Assembly (NCBI GenBank): GCA_964652075.1
Contig: CAZYZQ010000001.1
Coordinates: forward strand, 1,538 to 62,359
Direction: 5' to 3'
DNA from: an uncultured Oscillospiraceae bacterium
GTDB lineage: Bacteria; Bacillota; Clostridia; Oscillospirales; Oscillospiraceae
DNA: 60,822 bases
The notes under the pieces were generated by a model, which saw only the letters and a list, made by a program, of their open reading frames with translations, searched no databases and was not told the origin of the DNA. Shown here piece by piece: positions 35,813-43,605 of the stretch. How positions within the stretch are numbered: position 1 is the stretch's first letter; every line of letters starts with the position of its first letter. The translations under genes were made by a program, and so were the position numbers.

Positions 35813-36760
35813 ATGATTAAAGTCGGTCTGATTCTCTACTCGGTTCGGGACCACATGATTCAGGACCCGATGGGCACCGTGGAGGCCGTGGCCAAGCTGG
35901 GCTACAAGAACATCGAGGTCTGCAACCACGACGCCATGCACGACTACGGCTGCGGCTTCGGCATCCCCGCGGCGGATCTCAAGGCCAAATTCGACGAGTA
36001 CGGCTCCCGCGTCGTCTCGGCCCATATCTTCCCCTTTGAAAAGACAAATCTGGACGAGATCATCAAGTATAACGCCACCCTCGGCAACCACAACATCGTC
36101 AACCCCAGCGACCTGTTCACGACCTACGACGCGCTGATGCGCCAGTGTGAGTTCTACAACCGCAGCGCCAAGCGCCTGTACGAGGAGGCCGGGATGCGGA
36201 TGCTCTACCACAACCACACCATGGAGTTCCGCACCTTCGGCGGCCGGACGATCCTCGACCTGATGATGGAGAACACCGACCCGCAGTACGTCGGCCTTGA
36301 GCTGGACACCTTCTGGACGATGCGCTCCGGCCTGAACCCGCAGGAGGTTCTGCGCCACTTCGGCAAACGCGTCAAGCTGCTGCACCAGAAGGACTTCGCG
36401 TGGGACTCCCTCGACCCGATCAACCAGCTCGGGCTCGACCCGGCGGAGCGCGAGATCAAGCCGGGCCAGTCGTTCGGCATCAACGGCGACAGCGACTACG
36501 CCAAGACCGGCGGCAAGGGCAGCCGGAAGCCCCTGACCCCCGAGGAGGAGCGCGCCCGCTCCATCGAGCTCTCCGCCTACACCGAGATCGGCGACGGCAT
36601 CATGGACATTCAGGGCATCATCGACACGGCCACGGAATACTGCGACGTGGAGTACATCATTCTGGAGCAGGACGCCACGCGGATGCCCACCCAGATGGAG
36701 TCCATCGCCCACAGTATGGAGTCCTTCCGCAAGTTCCGGAACATCTCCTGGGACAATTAA
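35813..36760 (+). CDS. Sugar-phosphate isomerase/epimerase (xylose-isomerase-like TIM barrel)
   Basis: The start is moved to the ATG at 35813 behind GAAGGAGGA, giving 315 aa. Motifs include GYKNIE, LYHNH..EF, GLELDTFW and HQKDF, with an unusual ~50-aa charged insertion (DPAEREIKPG...EERARSIE). Confidence 0.85.
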   Translation: MIKVGLILYSVRDHMIQDPMGTVEAVAKLGYKNIEVCNHDAMHDYGCGFGIPAADLKAKFDEYGSRVVSAHIFPFEKTNLDEIIKYNATLGNHNIVNPSDLFTTYDALMRQCEFYNRSAKRLYEEAGMRMLYHNHTMEFRTFGGRTILDLMMENTDPQYVGLELDTFWTMRSGLNPQEVLRHFGKRVKLLHQKDFAWDSLDPINQLGLDPAEREIKPGQSFGINGDSDYAKTGGKGSRKPLTPEEERARSIELSAYTEIGDGIMDIQGIIDTATEYCDVEYIILEQDATRMPTQMESIAHSMESFRKFRNISWDN

Positions 36761-36772
36761 AGGCAACAAGCT

Positions 36773-38095
36773 ATGACAAACTATACGGTTCTGCGCCACC
36801 TGCGCCTGATCCCTGGCGACGGCAGGCCGGCCGTCGAGGACGCGGTGCTGGCCATGCGCCACGATCCATCTGATCCCGCCGCCGACCGGCTGCTCTACTG
36901 CGGCCCCGCGCCGGCGTTTGACCCGGCGCAGGTTTCGGACGGAACTGTCCGGGAGCTGGATCTCTCGGGCGGCTGCTACACGGCCCTGCCCGGCCTCATC
37001 AACACCCATGTCCATCTCGATTTGCAGCTGCCCTATCTGCCCTACTATCTGGACACCTGGGGCAACGCGTACCGGGCGTTGGTCGTCTATCGCCGCGCCG
37101 CCGAGGCGCTTTTGCAGGGCGTCACCACGGTTCGCGGCACCGGCATCGTGGGCGAGTCGGAGCTGGCGGTGAAAAAGGCCGTCTCGAACGGCCTTCTCTG
37201 GGGGCCGCGGATCATCTCCTGCGGCTCGCCGCTCGTGCCCCACGCGGGCCACGGCTACACCATCCCCGGCTCCATCCAGTGCAGCGGCCCGGACGAGTTC
37301 ATCCGCGCGCTGCGCGGCCAGCTGGCGGCGGGCGCGGATCAGATCAAGATCATGTACACCGGCGGCCTGGCCGGCGCCTTCGAGGGCACGATGGACATCC
37401 AGATGACCGAGGAGGAGGTGGCCGCGTGCATCCGCGTGGCGCATGGCAACAGCCGCAAGGTCAGCGCCCACCTCTCCAACGACGCGGCCATCGCGCAGGC
37501 GGTGCGGCTCGGCATCGACGGCGTCGAGCACGGCTACACGCTCTCCGCGCAGACCGTGCAGGCCATGGCGGCGCAGGGCACCTACTACACCCCGACGCTC
37601 TGCGTCTCCCACTGCAACGACTATATGCAGCGCCTCGGCGTCCCGGCCTACACGCTGGAAAAGCAGGCGTCTGCCGCCGCCGCGCATATCGAGTCCTGCC
37701 GCCGCGCCGCGCAGGCGGGCGTCACCCTCTGCACCGGCACGGATTTACTCCCCTCCGACCCCATCGGCGGCACCTGTGCCACCACGCGCGAGACGGAGCT
37801 GCTCGTCGAGGAGATCGGCCTGACGCCGCTGGAGGCCATTCAGGCCGCCACATGGAACGGCGCCCGGCTCTGCGGCGTCGAGCGTGAGACCGGCTCGCTG
37901 GAGGCGGGCAAGTGCGGCGACTTCCTGCTGGTGGAGGGAAAACCGGACCAGCAGATCCGCGCGCTGCGGAACCTGCGGCTCATCGCCCGCAACTGCCGTA
38001 TCGTGCGCAGCCGCCTGCCCGGCCTGCAGGAGGACAATCTGACCCTCCTGCCTCCCGGCGTCCCCTGCGAGGGCGGCGTGTTCAAAACCTGGTAA
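36773..38095 (+). CDS. Amidohydrolase-superfamily metal-dependent hydrolase
   Basis: 440 aa. The metal-binding motif is LPGLINTHVHLDL, followed by a later HG, a GTD motif, and the C-terminal GSLEAGKCGDFLLV typical of the family. It sits 12 nt after the TIM-barrel gene. Confidence 0.88.
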   Translation: MTNYTVLRHLRLIPGDGRPAVEDAVLAMRHDPSDPAADRLLYCGPAPAFDPAQVSDGTVRELDLSGGCYTALPGLINTHVHLDLQLPYLPYYLDTWGNAYRALVVYRRAAEALLQGVTTVRGTGIVGESELAVKKAVSNGLLWGPRIISCGSPLVPHAGHGYTIPGSIQCSGPDEFIRALRGQLAAGADQIKIMYTGGLAGAFEGTMDIQMTEEEVAACIRVAHGNSRKVSAHLSNDAAIAQAVRLGIDGVEHGYTLSAQTVQAMAAQGTYYTPTLCVSHCNDYMQRLGVPAYTLEKQASAAAAHIESCRRAAQAGVTLCTGTDLLPSDPIGGTCATTRETELLVEEIGLTPLEAIQAATWNGARLCGVERETGSLEAGKCGDFLLVEGKPDQQIRALRNLRLIARNCRIVRSRLPGLQEDNLTLLPPGVPCEGGVFKTW

Positions 38096-38105
38096 AGATA
38101 CCCGG

Positions 38106-38133
38106 CCCCCGCCGCCTGTTCGGGCGGCGGGGG
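38106..38133. terminator. GC hairpin between convergent genes
   Basis: CCCCCGCCGCC-TGTTCG-GGCGGCGGGGG is a perfect 11-bp stem. The U-tracts are weak on both strands. Confidence 0.5.
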
Positions 38134-38142
38134 TTATCAGCC

Positions 38143-38523
38143 TTAGTACAGCAGATCCGTGTTCTTGATCTGCTCCTCGGTCAGATGCTGGATGCAGTCC
38201 CAGTGCTCGGCGAGCTGGCCGTTCTCGAGGCGGTAGATATCGACGACGATATTCTCCACCTTCCCCGGCTCGAGCACCGCGAGGTTGTGCGAGATCACGA
38301 CGTCGCCGTCCTCGTACAGGTGCTTGATGTACAGGTGCAGGTTCGGGAACGCGCCGCGGAAGCCCTTGTGGAAGGCCTTGAAGCCCTCGCGCCCCTGCGC
38401 GACGGTCGGATTGTGCTGGTGGTAGTCCTCGCGCATGTACTGGTCGATCAGGCTGTCGTTGCCGTTGTTGAAGACCTCCTCCGTGAAAAGGCGGACAATC
38501 TCTGCATTGGTCATGGAAGCCAC
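38143..38523 (-). CDS. SnoaL-like / NTF2-fold protein (ester cyclase-like)
   Basis: 126 aa. The pattern EEVFNNGN..LIDQYM.EDY.QHNP....G.EGFK.F......AFP......KHL..DGD.V is typical of SnoaL-like polyketide-cyclase-fold proteins. Confidence 0.75.
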   Translation of the reverse strand: MASMTNAEIVRLFTEEVFNNGNDSLIDQYMREDYHQHNPTVAQGREGFKAFHKGFRGAFPNLHLYIKHLYEDGDVVISHNLAVLEPGKVENIVVDIYRLENGQLAEHWDCIQHLTEEQIKNTDLLY

Positions 38524-38616
38524 TCCTTTATGTTTTGTTGTGAGTCAATCATAACAGAGATTTGTTTTTTCCGCAAGACGTGATATGATAAAGAAAACGC
38601 CGAAAGGAGCGATTCT

Positions 38617-39261
38617 ATGGTTGATCTCGGCCCATGGGCGCAGTTTATCGCCCCGGACCCCGCGCTGATGGCGCGCGTGGAGCAGGCGTATGCGCAGACG
38701 ACAGTATTTCCCCCGCGTGAAGACCTCTTCACAGCCTTCCGCCTGACGCCGCCGGCGCGCGTGCGCGTCGTCCTCCTCGGGCAGGACCCCTACCACGAGC
38801 CGGGGCAGGCGCACGGGCTGGCCTTCTCGGTGCGGGATGGCGTGAAGCTGCCGCCGAGCTTGCGCAATATCTATCAGGAGCTGGAAGCCGATCTGGGCGT
38901 CGCGCCGCGCGCGTCCGGCGACCTGACACACTGGGCGGAGCAGGGCGTGCTGCTGCTCAACGCCGTGCTGACCGTTGAGCAGGGCAAGGCGGGCAGCCAC
39001 GCATCCTTCGGCTGGCAGGCCTTCACCGACGCCGCCGTCGCCGCCGTCCGGGACTTTCCGCAGCCGGTCGCGTTCGTCCTCTGGGGCGCGCAGGCGCAGA
39101 AGAAGGCGCGCATCGCCGAGGATAGCCCCCATCCGCGCCTTGTCCTCCAGTCCGCGCACCCCAGCCCCCTGAGCGCGTATCGCGGCTTCTTCGGCAGCCG
39201 CCCGTTCTCCAAAATCAACGCGTTTTTGGCCGGGCACGGCGAACAGCCGATTGCGTGGTGA
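38617..39261 (+). CDS. ung: Uracil-DNA glycosylase
   Basis: 214 aa with motifs VVLLGQDPYH, QAHGLAFSV, LPPSL.NI and VLLLNAVLTV, and HPSPLSA near the C-terminus. Confidence 0.95.
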   Translation: MVDLGPWAQFIAPDPALMARVEQAYAQTTVFPPREDLFTAFRLTPPARVRVVLLGQDPYHEPGQAHGLAFSVRDGVKLPPSLRNIYQELEADLGVAPRASGDLTHWAEQGVLLLNAVLTVEQGKAGSHASFGWQAFTDAAVAAVRDFPQPVAFVLWGAQAQKKARIAEDSPHPRLVLQSAHPSPLSAYRGFFGSRPFSKINAFLAGHGEQPIAW

Positions 39262-39370
39262 CAGAACCTACAAAAAGGCGTGCGCGGATTTTGACAAGTC
39301 CCACAATAGCGCTTCCGGTGATTTCATGATAAAGTAGAGAGAAACAAAACGAGGATCGGAGGGATCTCCC

Positions 39371-41602
39371 ATGCAAAAGATTGAAAAAGACGGCTACTGC
39401 CTCTATCCCCAGCCGAACGGCCCGACGCTCGGCGCGTCGTCCGCGCCGATTCTGGAGCGGGACGGGAAGCTTTTCAAGAATTTGGCACGCACCGGCGAGC
39501 TGCTGCCCTATGAGGATTGGCGGCTTTCGCCCGAGGAGCGGGCGGCGGATCTGGCCGCGCGGCTGTCAATCGAGCAGATCGCGGGCCTGATGCTCTACTC
39601 GCCGCACCAGTCCGTGCCGGGCGTGCGCGGCTTTCTCGGCCCCGCGCCGACCTACGGCGGCAAGGAATACGCCGAATCCGGCGCCAAAATGTGGCAGATG
39701 ACCGACCAGCAGAAGCAGTTTCTGGCGGAGGATCACGTGCGCCACGTGCTGCTCGCGGGCGTTGACGAGCCGGAGGCGGCCGCGCGCTGGTCGAACGAGA
39801 TGCAGAAATACGTCGAGGCGCTGCCGTTCGGCATCCCGTGCAACAACTCCTCCGACCCGCGCCACGCGGCGACGGATTCCGGCACGGAGTTCCGCACCGT
39901 CTCACAGGTCTCAAAGTGGCCGGAGGGCATCGGCATGGCCGCCATGTTCGACCCGGACCGCGCCCGCGCCTACGGTGAAATCGTCTCGCGCGAGTACCGC
40001 GCGATGGGCATCACCACGGCGCTCGGCCCGCAGGTAGACCTGTCCACCGAGCCGCGCTGGATGCGGCTGGAGGACACGTTCGGCGAGCACCCGGCCATGG
40101 CCGCGCAGCTGGCCGCGACGATCGTCGACGCGATGCAGACAACGCAAGGCTCCGAAACCGGCTGGGGCCGCGACAGCGTGCTCGCCATGGCCAAGCACTG
40201 GCCGGGCGGCGGCCCGCTGGAGGGCGGGCGCGACGCGCACTACCGCTTCGGCTGCTACGCCGTTTACCCCGGCGGCGGGTTTGAAGCGCACCTGACGCCG
40301 TTCACCGAGGGCGCGATGAAGCTGCCCGGCGGGACGAAGTGCGTCAGCGCGATCATGCCCTACTACTCCGTCACCACCGCGCCCGAGGCGGACAATGCGG
40401 AGAAGGTCGGCAACGCCTACAACCGCCGCCTGATCACGGAGCTGCTGCGGGGCAAGTACGGCTTCGACGGCGTCGTGTGTACCGACTGGGGCGTGCTGGG
40501 AGAACCGAATCAGGAGCCGGACATGTTCGCGGGTCAGTGCTTCGGCGCGGAGTCGCTGACAGAGGCCGAGCGCTACCTGCGCGTGCTGCAAAACGGCGTC
40601 GACCAGTTCGGTGGCTGCTCGGACAAAACGCCGGTGCTCGCGGCCTACGAGCTGGGCTGCGCGCGCATCGGCAAGGACGAGATGGACGGGATTTTCCGCA
40701 CCGCCGCGCGCCGGCTGCTGCAATCCATGTTCCGCGTCGGCCTGTTCGAGAACCCGTACCTCGACCCCGCCGAGAGCCGCGACTTCGTCGGCTGCGCCGA
40801 GAATCAGGCGCAGGGCTTTGCCGCGCAGCTTGCGTCGATGGTGCTGTTGAAGAACGAAAAGCAGACGCTCCCACTGGCCGCGGGGACGAAGGTCTATATC
40901 CCGAAGCGCCACGTCCTGCCGCGCAAGCACTTTGTGCGCGTGATCATGACCGAGGAGCAGACGGTTGACCCCATCGCGGACTGGCAGCTGGACGGCCGCC
41001 TGACGCGCGCCGCGACGCCGGAGGAGGCGGACGTGTGCGTCGTCTTCGTCGAATCGCCGCTGAACAGCGGCGGCTACCGCAAGGAGCGCCGCGAGGAGAC
41101 CGGCAGCGGCTATGAGCCGATCTCCCTGCAATACCGCCCCTACACCGCAGCTACCGCGCGCGAGAAGTCGCTGCAGGGGGACGACTACGAGCTGGGCGGC
41201 CCGGAGCGCGGCTATCGCGGCGTGACGGTCACCTGCCCGAACGAGTCGGATCTGGACAACGTCATCGCCGCAAAGAGAAGCGGCAAGCCGGTGGTCGTCG
41301 TGATCCGGATGCACAACCCGGCGGTGCTGGCCGAGCTGGAGCCGTACGCGGACGCGATTTTAGTCGAGTACGGCGTTGAGCGCCGCGCCGTGACTGCGCT
41401 GTTGACCGGCGAGGCGGAGCCGAGCGGCCTGCTGCCCCACCAGCTGCCGCGCGACATGCAGACCGTCGAGGCCCACTGCGAGGACAGGCCCTTCGACCTG
41501 ATCCCCTACACCGACGCGGCCGGCCACACCTACGACTTCGCCTACGGCATGAACTGGCAGGGCGTGATTACGGACGAACGCACAAAGAAGTGGAAAAAAT
41601 AA
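39371..41602 (+). CDS. GH3 glycoside hydrolase (beta-glucosidase / beta-xylosidase type)
   Basis: 743 aa. GH3 blocks include LSIEQIAGLML, the AKHWPGGGP motif, and GFDGVVCTDWG containing the nucleophile Asp. Confidence 0.9.
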   Translation: MQKIEKDGYCLYPQPNGPTLGASSAPILERDGKLFKNLARTGELLPYEDWRLSPEERAADLAARLSIEQIAGLMLYSPHQSVPGVRGFLGPAPTYGGKEYAESGAKMWQMTDQQKQFLAEDHVRHVLLAGVDEPEAAARWSNEMQKYVEALPFGIPCNNSSDPRHAATDSGTEFRTVSQVSKWPEGIGMAAMFDPDRARAYGEIVSREYRAMGITTALGPQVDLSTEPRWMRLEDTFGEHPAMAAQLAATIVDAMQTTQGSETGWGRDSVLAMAKHWPGGGPLEGGRDAHYRFGCYAVYPGGGFEAHLTPFTEGAMKLPGGTKCVSAIMPYYSVTTAPEADNAEKVGNAYNRRLITELLRGKYGFDGVVCTDWGVLGEPNQEPDMFAGQCFGAESLTEAERYLRVLQNGVDQFGGCSDKTPVLAAYELGCARIGKDEMDGIFRTAARRLLQSMFRVGLFENPYLDPAESRDFVGCAENQAQGFAAQLASMVLLKNEKQTLPLAAGTKVYIPKRHVLPRKHFVRVIMTEEQTVDPIADWQLDGRLTRAATPEEADVCVVFVESPLNSGGYRKERREETGSGYEPISLQYRPYTAATAREKSLQGDDYELGGPERGYRGVTVTCPNESDLDNVIAAKRSGKPVVVVIRMHNPAVLAELEPYADAILVEYGVERRAVTALLTGEAEPSGLLPHQLPRDMQTVEAHCEDRPFDLIPYTDAAGHTYDFAYGMNWQGVITDERTKKWKK

Positions 41603-41661
41603 ACCCAACCGGGGCGGCAGCAAAAACGCTGCCGCCCCGATGCGCGCAAGCGAGGCACCAC

Positions 41662-41778
41662 CGATAGAACCGTAGGGCGCACCTGCGTGTGCGCCCGTGC
41701 GGGAAATCTGGCGCAACGAATCGGCCCCGGCGAATACGTACCGTGTCGCAGCGGGCGCACACATAGGTGCGCCCCTAC
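41662..41778. repeat. Inverted pair of GTAG-headed REP-like palindromes (BIME-like), preceded by a solo CGATAGAAC terminus
   Basis: GTAGGGCGCAC-CTGCGT-GTGCGCCC lies at 41672-41696. Its inverted partner GGGCGCAC-ACATAG-GTGCGCCCCTAC lies at 41753-41778. CGATAGAAC at 41662-41670 matches the terminus of the mosaic repeat family. Confidence 0.7.
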
Positions 41779-41920
41779 CCGTAAATCGGGGAATTGCGCG
41801 CGCTCCGTTGCGCCGCACCCTGACACCAAAATTTTACTTCCGTACCTCTTGACCAAAAAGGGGAAACGGCATACAATATCTTTGTATAAACCGCACAAAA
41901 ACAATCCGGAGGGATGCACG

Positions 41921-43423
41921 ATGCAAAAACGCAAGGGTGGGCGCGTGTGCGCCGTCTGCGAGCTGGGCACCGACCGCATCACGATGCAGGTCGCGCAGAA
42001 TAAAAACGGGCGCGTGGCCGTGCTCGACCGGCTTGAGTGCTTCTTCGACCTTGAAAAAGAGATCCAGTCGACGGGCCTCATCTCCGGCCGGAGCGTCGCG
42101 GCGATCTCGGATATCCTGGCGGGCTTCCTGCGCGTCATGCGCGACTACGGCGTCGAGTCCTCCCGCGCGTTCGGCACGAGCTTCCTGCGCCACGCGGAGA
42201 ACTGCTCGTTCGTGCTCGGCCAGCTCGCCGTGCGCACCGGGATGCAGATCGAGATCATCTCCGACGACGAGGAGAAGACGCTGCTGTACTGGCAGATGCA
42301 CAAGGCGATGAACGACATCGAGCACGACGGCGAGCGCTATCTCTGCGTCGTCCCGGGCACGGACTCGGTCGGCCTTGCGCTGCAAAGCTCCAAGCGCCAG
42401 CGCTCGCGGCAGAACCTGCCTGTGACGCAGTTCGACATCGTCTCGATGCGGATGCAGATCGCCGACGACACCGACGATATCTCTGCGGTCATGGCGGAAT
42501 ACCTGAACGTCGTCACCGAGGGCGTCGTGCCGTTCGGGCTGACGAAGCAGGTCAAGAGCCTCGTTGTGGCCGACAGTGAAATTGAATCCATCGCCCGCGC
42601 CTGCGGCGTCACGCTCTCGCACGGCGCGTGTACCATCAAGGCGGGCAGCCTTTCCAAGGCGGCGCGCGCCATCATGCCGCAGACGCCCGAGACGGCGGAG
42701 CAGACGCTCTCGCTCTCGGCCAAATCAGCCAAAAACGTCTACGCCTCGATCCTGCTCTACGACCAGCTCGCCGCGCTGTGTAAGGTTGACACCGTCGTCG
42801 GCCTGTACGGCGGCCTGACCGCCGCCGTGCTCGAGCAGATGCTCATCAAGCCCCAGCGGCAGGTCTACGAGTCCTTTGTGCGCGAGAACGCGCTCGGCTG
42901 CGCCCGGACGCAGGCGAAAAAGTGCGGGTGCAGCATGGAGCACGTCGAGCTGGTCGCGCGCTTCGCGGGCGAGATGTTCGACAAGCTCCGCCGCCACCAC
43001 GGCCTTGACAGCCGCGCGCGGCTGAAGCTCCAGCTCGCGGCGCTGCTGCACAACTGCGGCTACTTTGTCGATTTGCAGCACCACGCGGCGTGCTCCGACC
43101 GGTTCATCTCCACCTTCTCCGTCTCCGGCCTCGACGACGAGGAGACGCGCTGGGTCGCGGCGATCCAGTCCGGCGCGCCGTCGGAGGATCTCGCGGTCAT
43201 GCGCCTGCGCGCCATCTTCCAGCTCGCGGACGCGCTCGACGCGTCCAAGCGCCAGAAGCTGCAGGAGCTGAATCTGCGCATCGACCCGGAAAAATTCGTC
43301 ATCACGACAATCTGCGACGAAAATCTCTATCTCGAGCAGCGCGCCTTCGCGCAGGCGGCCGCGCTGTTCCAAAAGGTCTACGGCCTGCAGCCGGTCCTGA
43401 ACGTCAAGTCGGGACTGCTGTAG
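41921..43423 (+). CDS. ppx: Exopolyphosphatase / guanosine pentaphosphate phosphohydrolase (Ppx/GppA family)
   Basis: The start is moved to the ATG at 41921 behind GGAGGG (the track starts at 41687), giving 500 aa. It has an ASKHA-fold N-terminal half and an HD-like C-terminal half (LLHNCGYFVD). It is adjacent to ppk1. Confidence 0.85.
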   Translation: MQKRKGGRVCAVCELGTDRITMQVAQNKNGRVAVLDRLECFFDLEKEIQSTGLISGRSVAAISDILAGFLRVMRDYGVESSRAFGTSFLRHAENCSFVLGQLAVRTGMQIEIISDDEEKTLLYWQMHKAMNDIEHDGERYLCVVPGTDSVGLALQSSKRQRSRQNLPVTQFDIVSMRMQIADDTDDISAVMAEYLNVVTEGVVPFGLTKQVKSLVVADSEIESIARACGVTLSHGACTIKAGSLSKAARAIMPQTPETAEQTLSLSAKSAKNVYASILLYDQLAALCKVDTVVGLYGGLTAAVLEQMLIKPQRQVYESFVRENALGCARTQAKKCGCSMEHVELVARFAGEMFDKLRRHHGLDSRARLKLQLAALLHNCGYFVDLQHHAACSDRFISTFSVSGLDDEETRWVAAIQSGAPSEDLAVMRLRAIFQLADALDASKRQKLQELNLRIDPEKFVITTICDENLYLEQRAFAQAAALFQKVYGLQPVLNVKSGLL

Positions 43424-43467
43424 CGATATAGTCAGGCCAGATGCCCGCCTCGTTCTGCGTCGCACCT

Positions 43468-43520
43468 TCAATAGAACAGCTCCCCCTTCGGGGGGAGCTT
43501 AGCGAGGGCTGTTCTATTGA
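43468..43520. repeat. Minimal (53-bp) copy of the mosaic repeat family
   Basis: TCAATAGAACAGC - TCCCCC-TTCG-GGGGGA - GCTTAGCGAGGGCT - GTTCTATTGA has both termini plus one hairpin module, and lies between ppx and ppk1. Confidence 0.75.
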
Positions 43521-43605
43521 TGGTGCTGTACAAATTTGCAGCTGCATCCGCCCTGACCATCTGGTTTTGACACCGTACTACTTCCCGAAAAAAGGAGGAA
43601 TCCCC

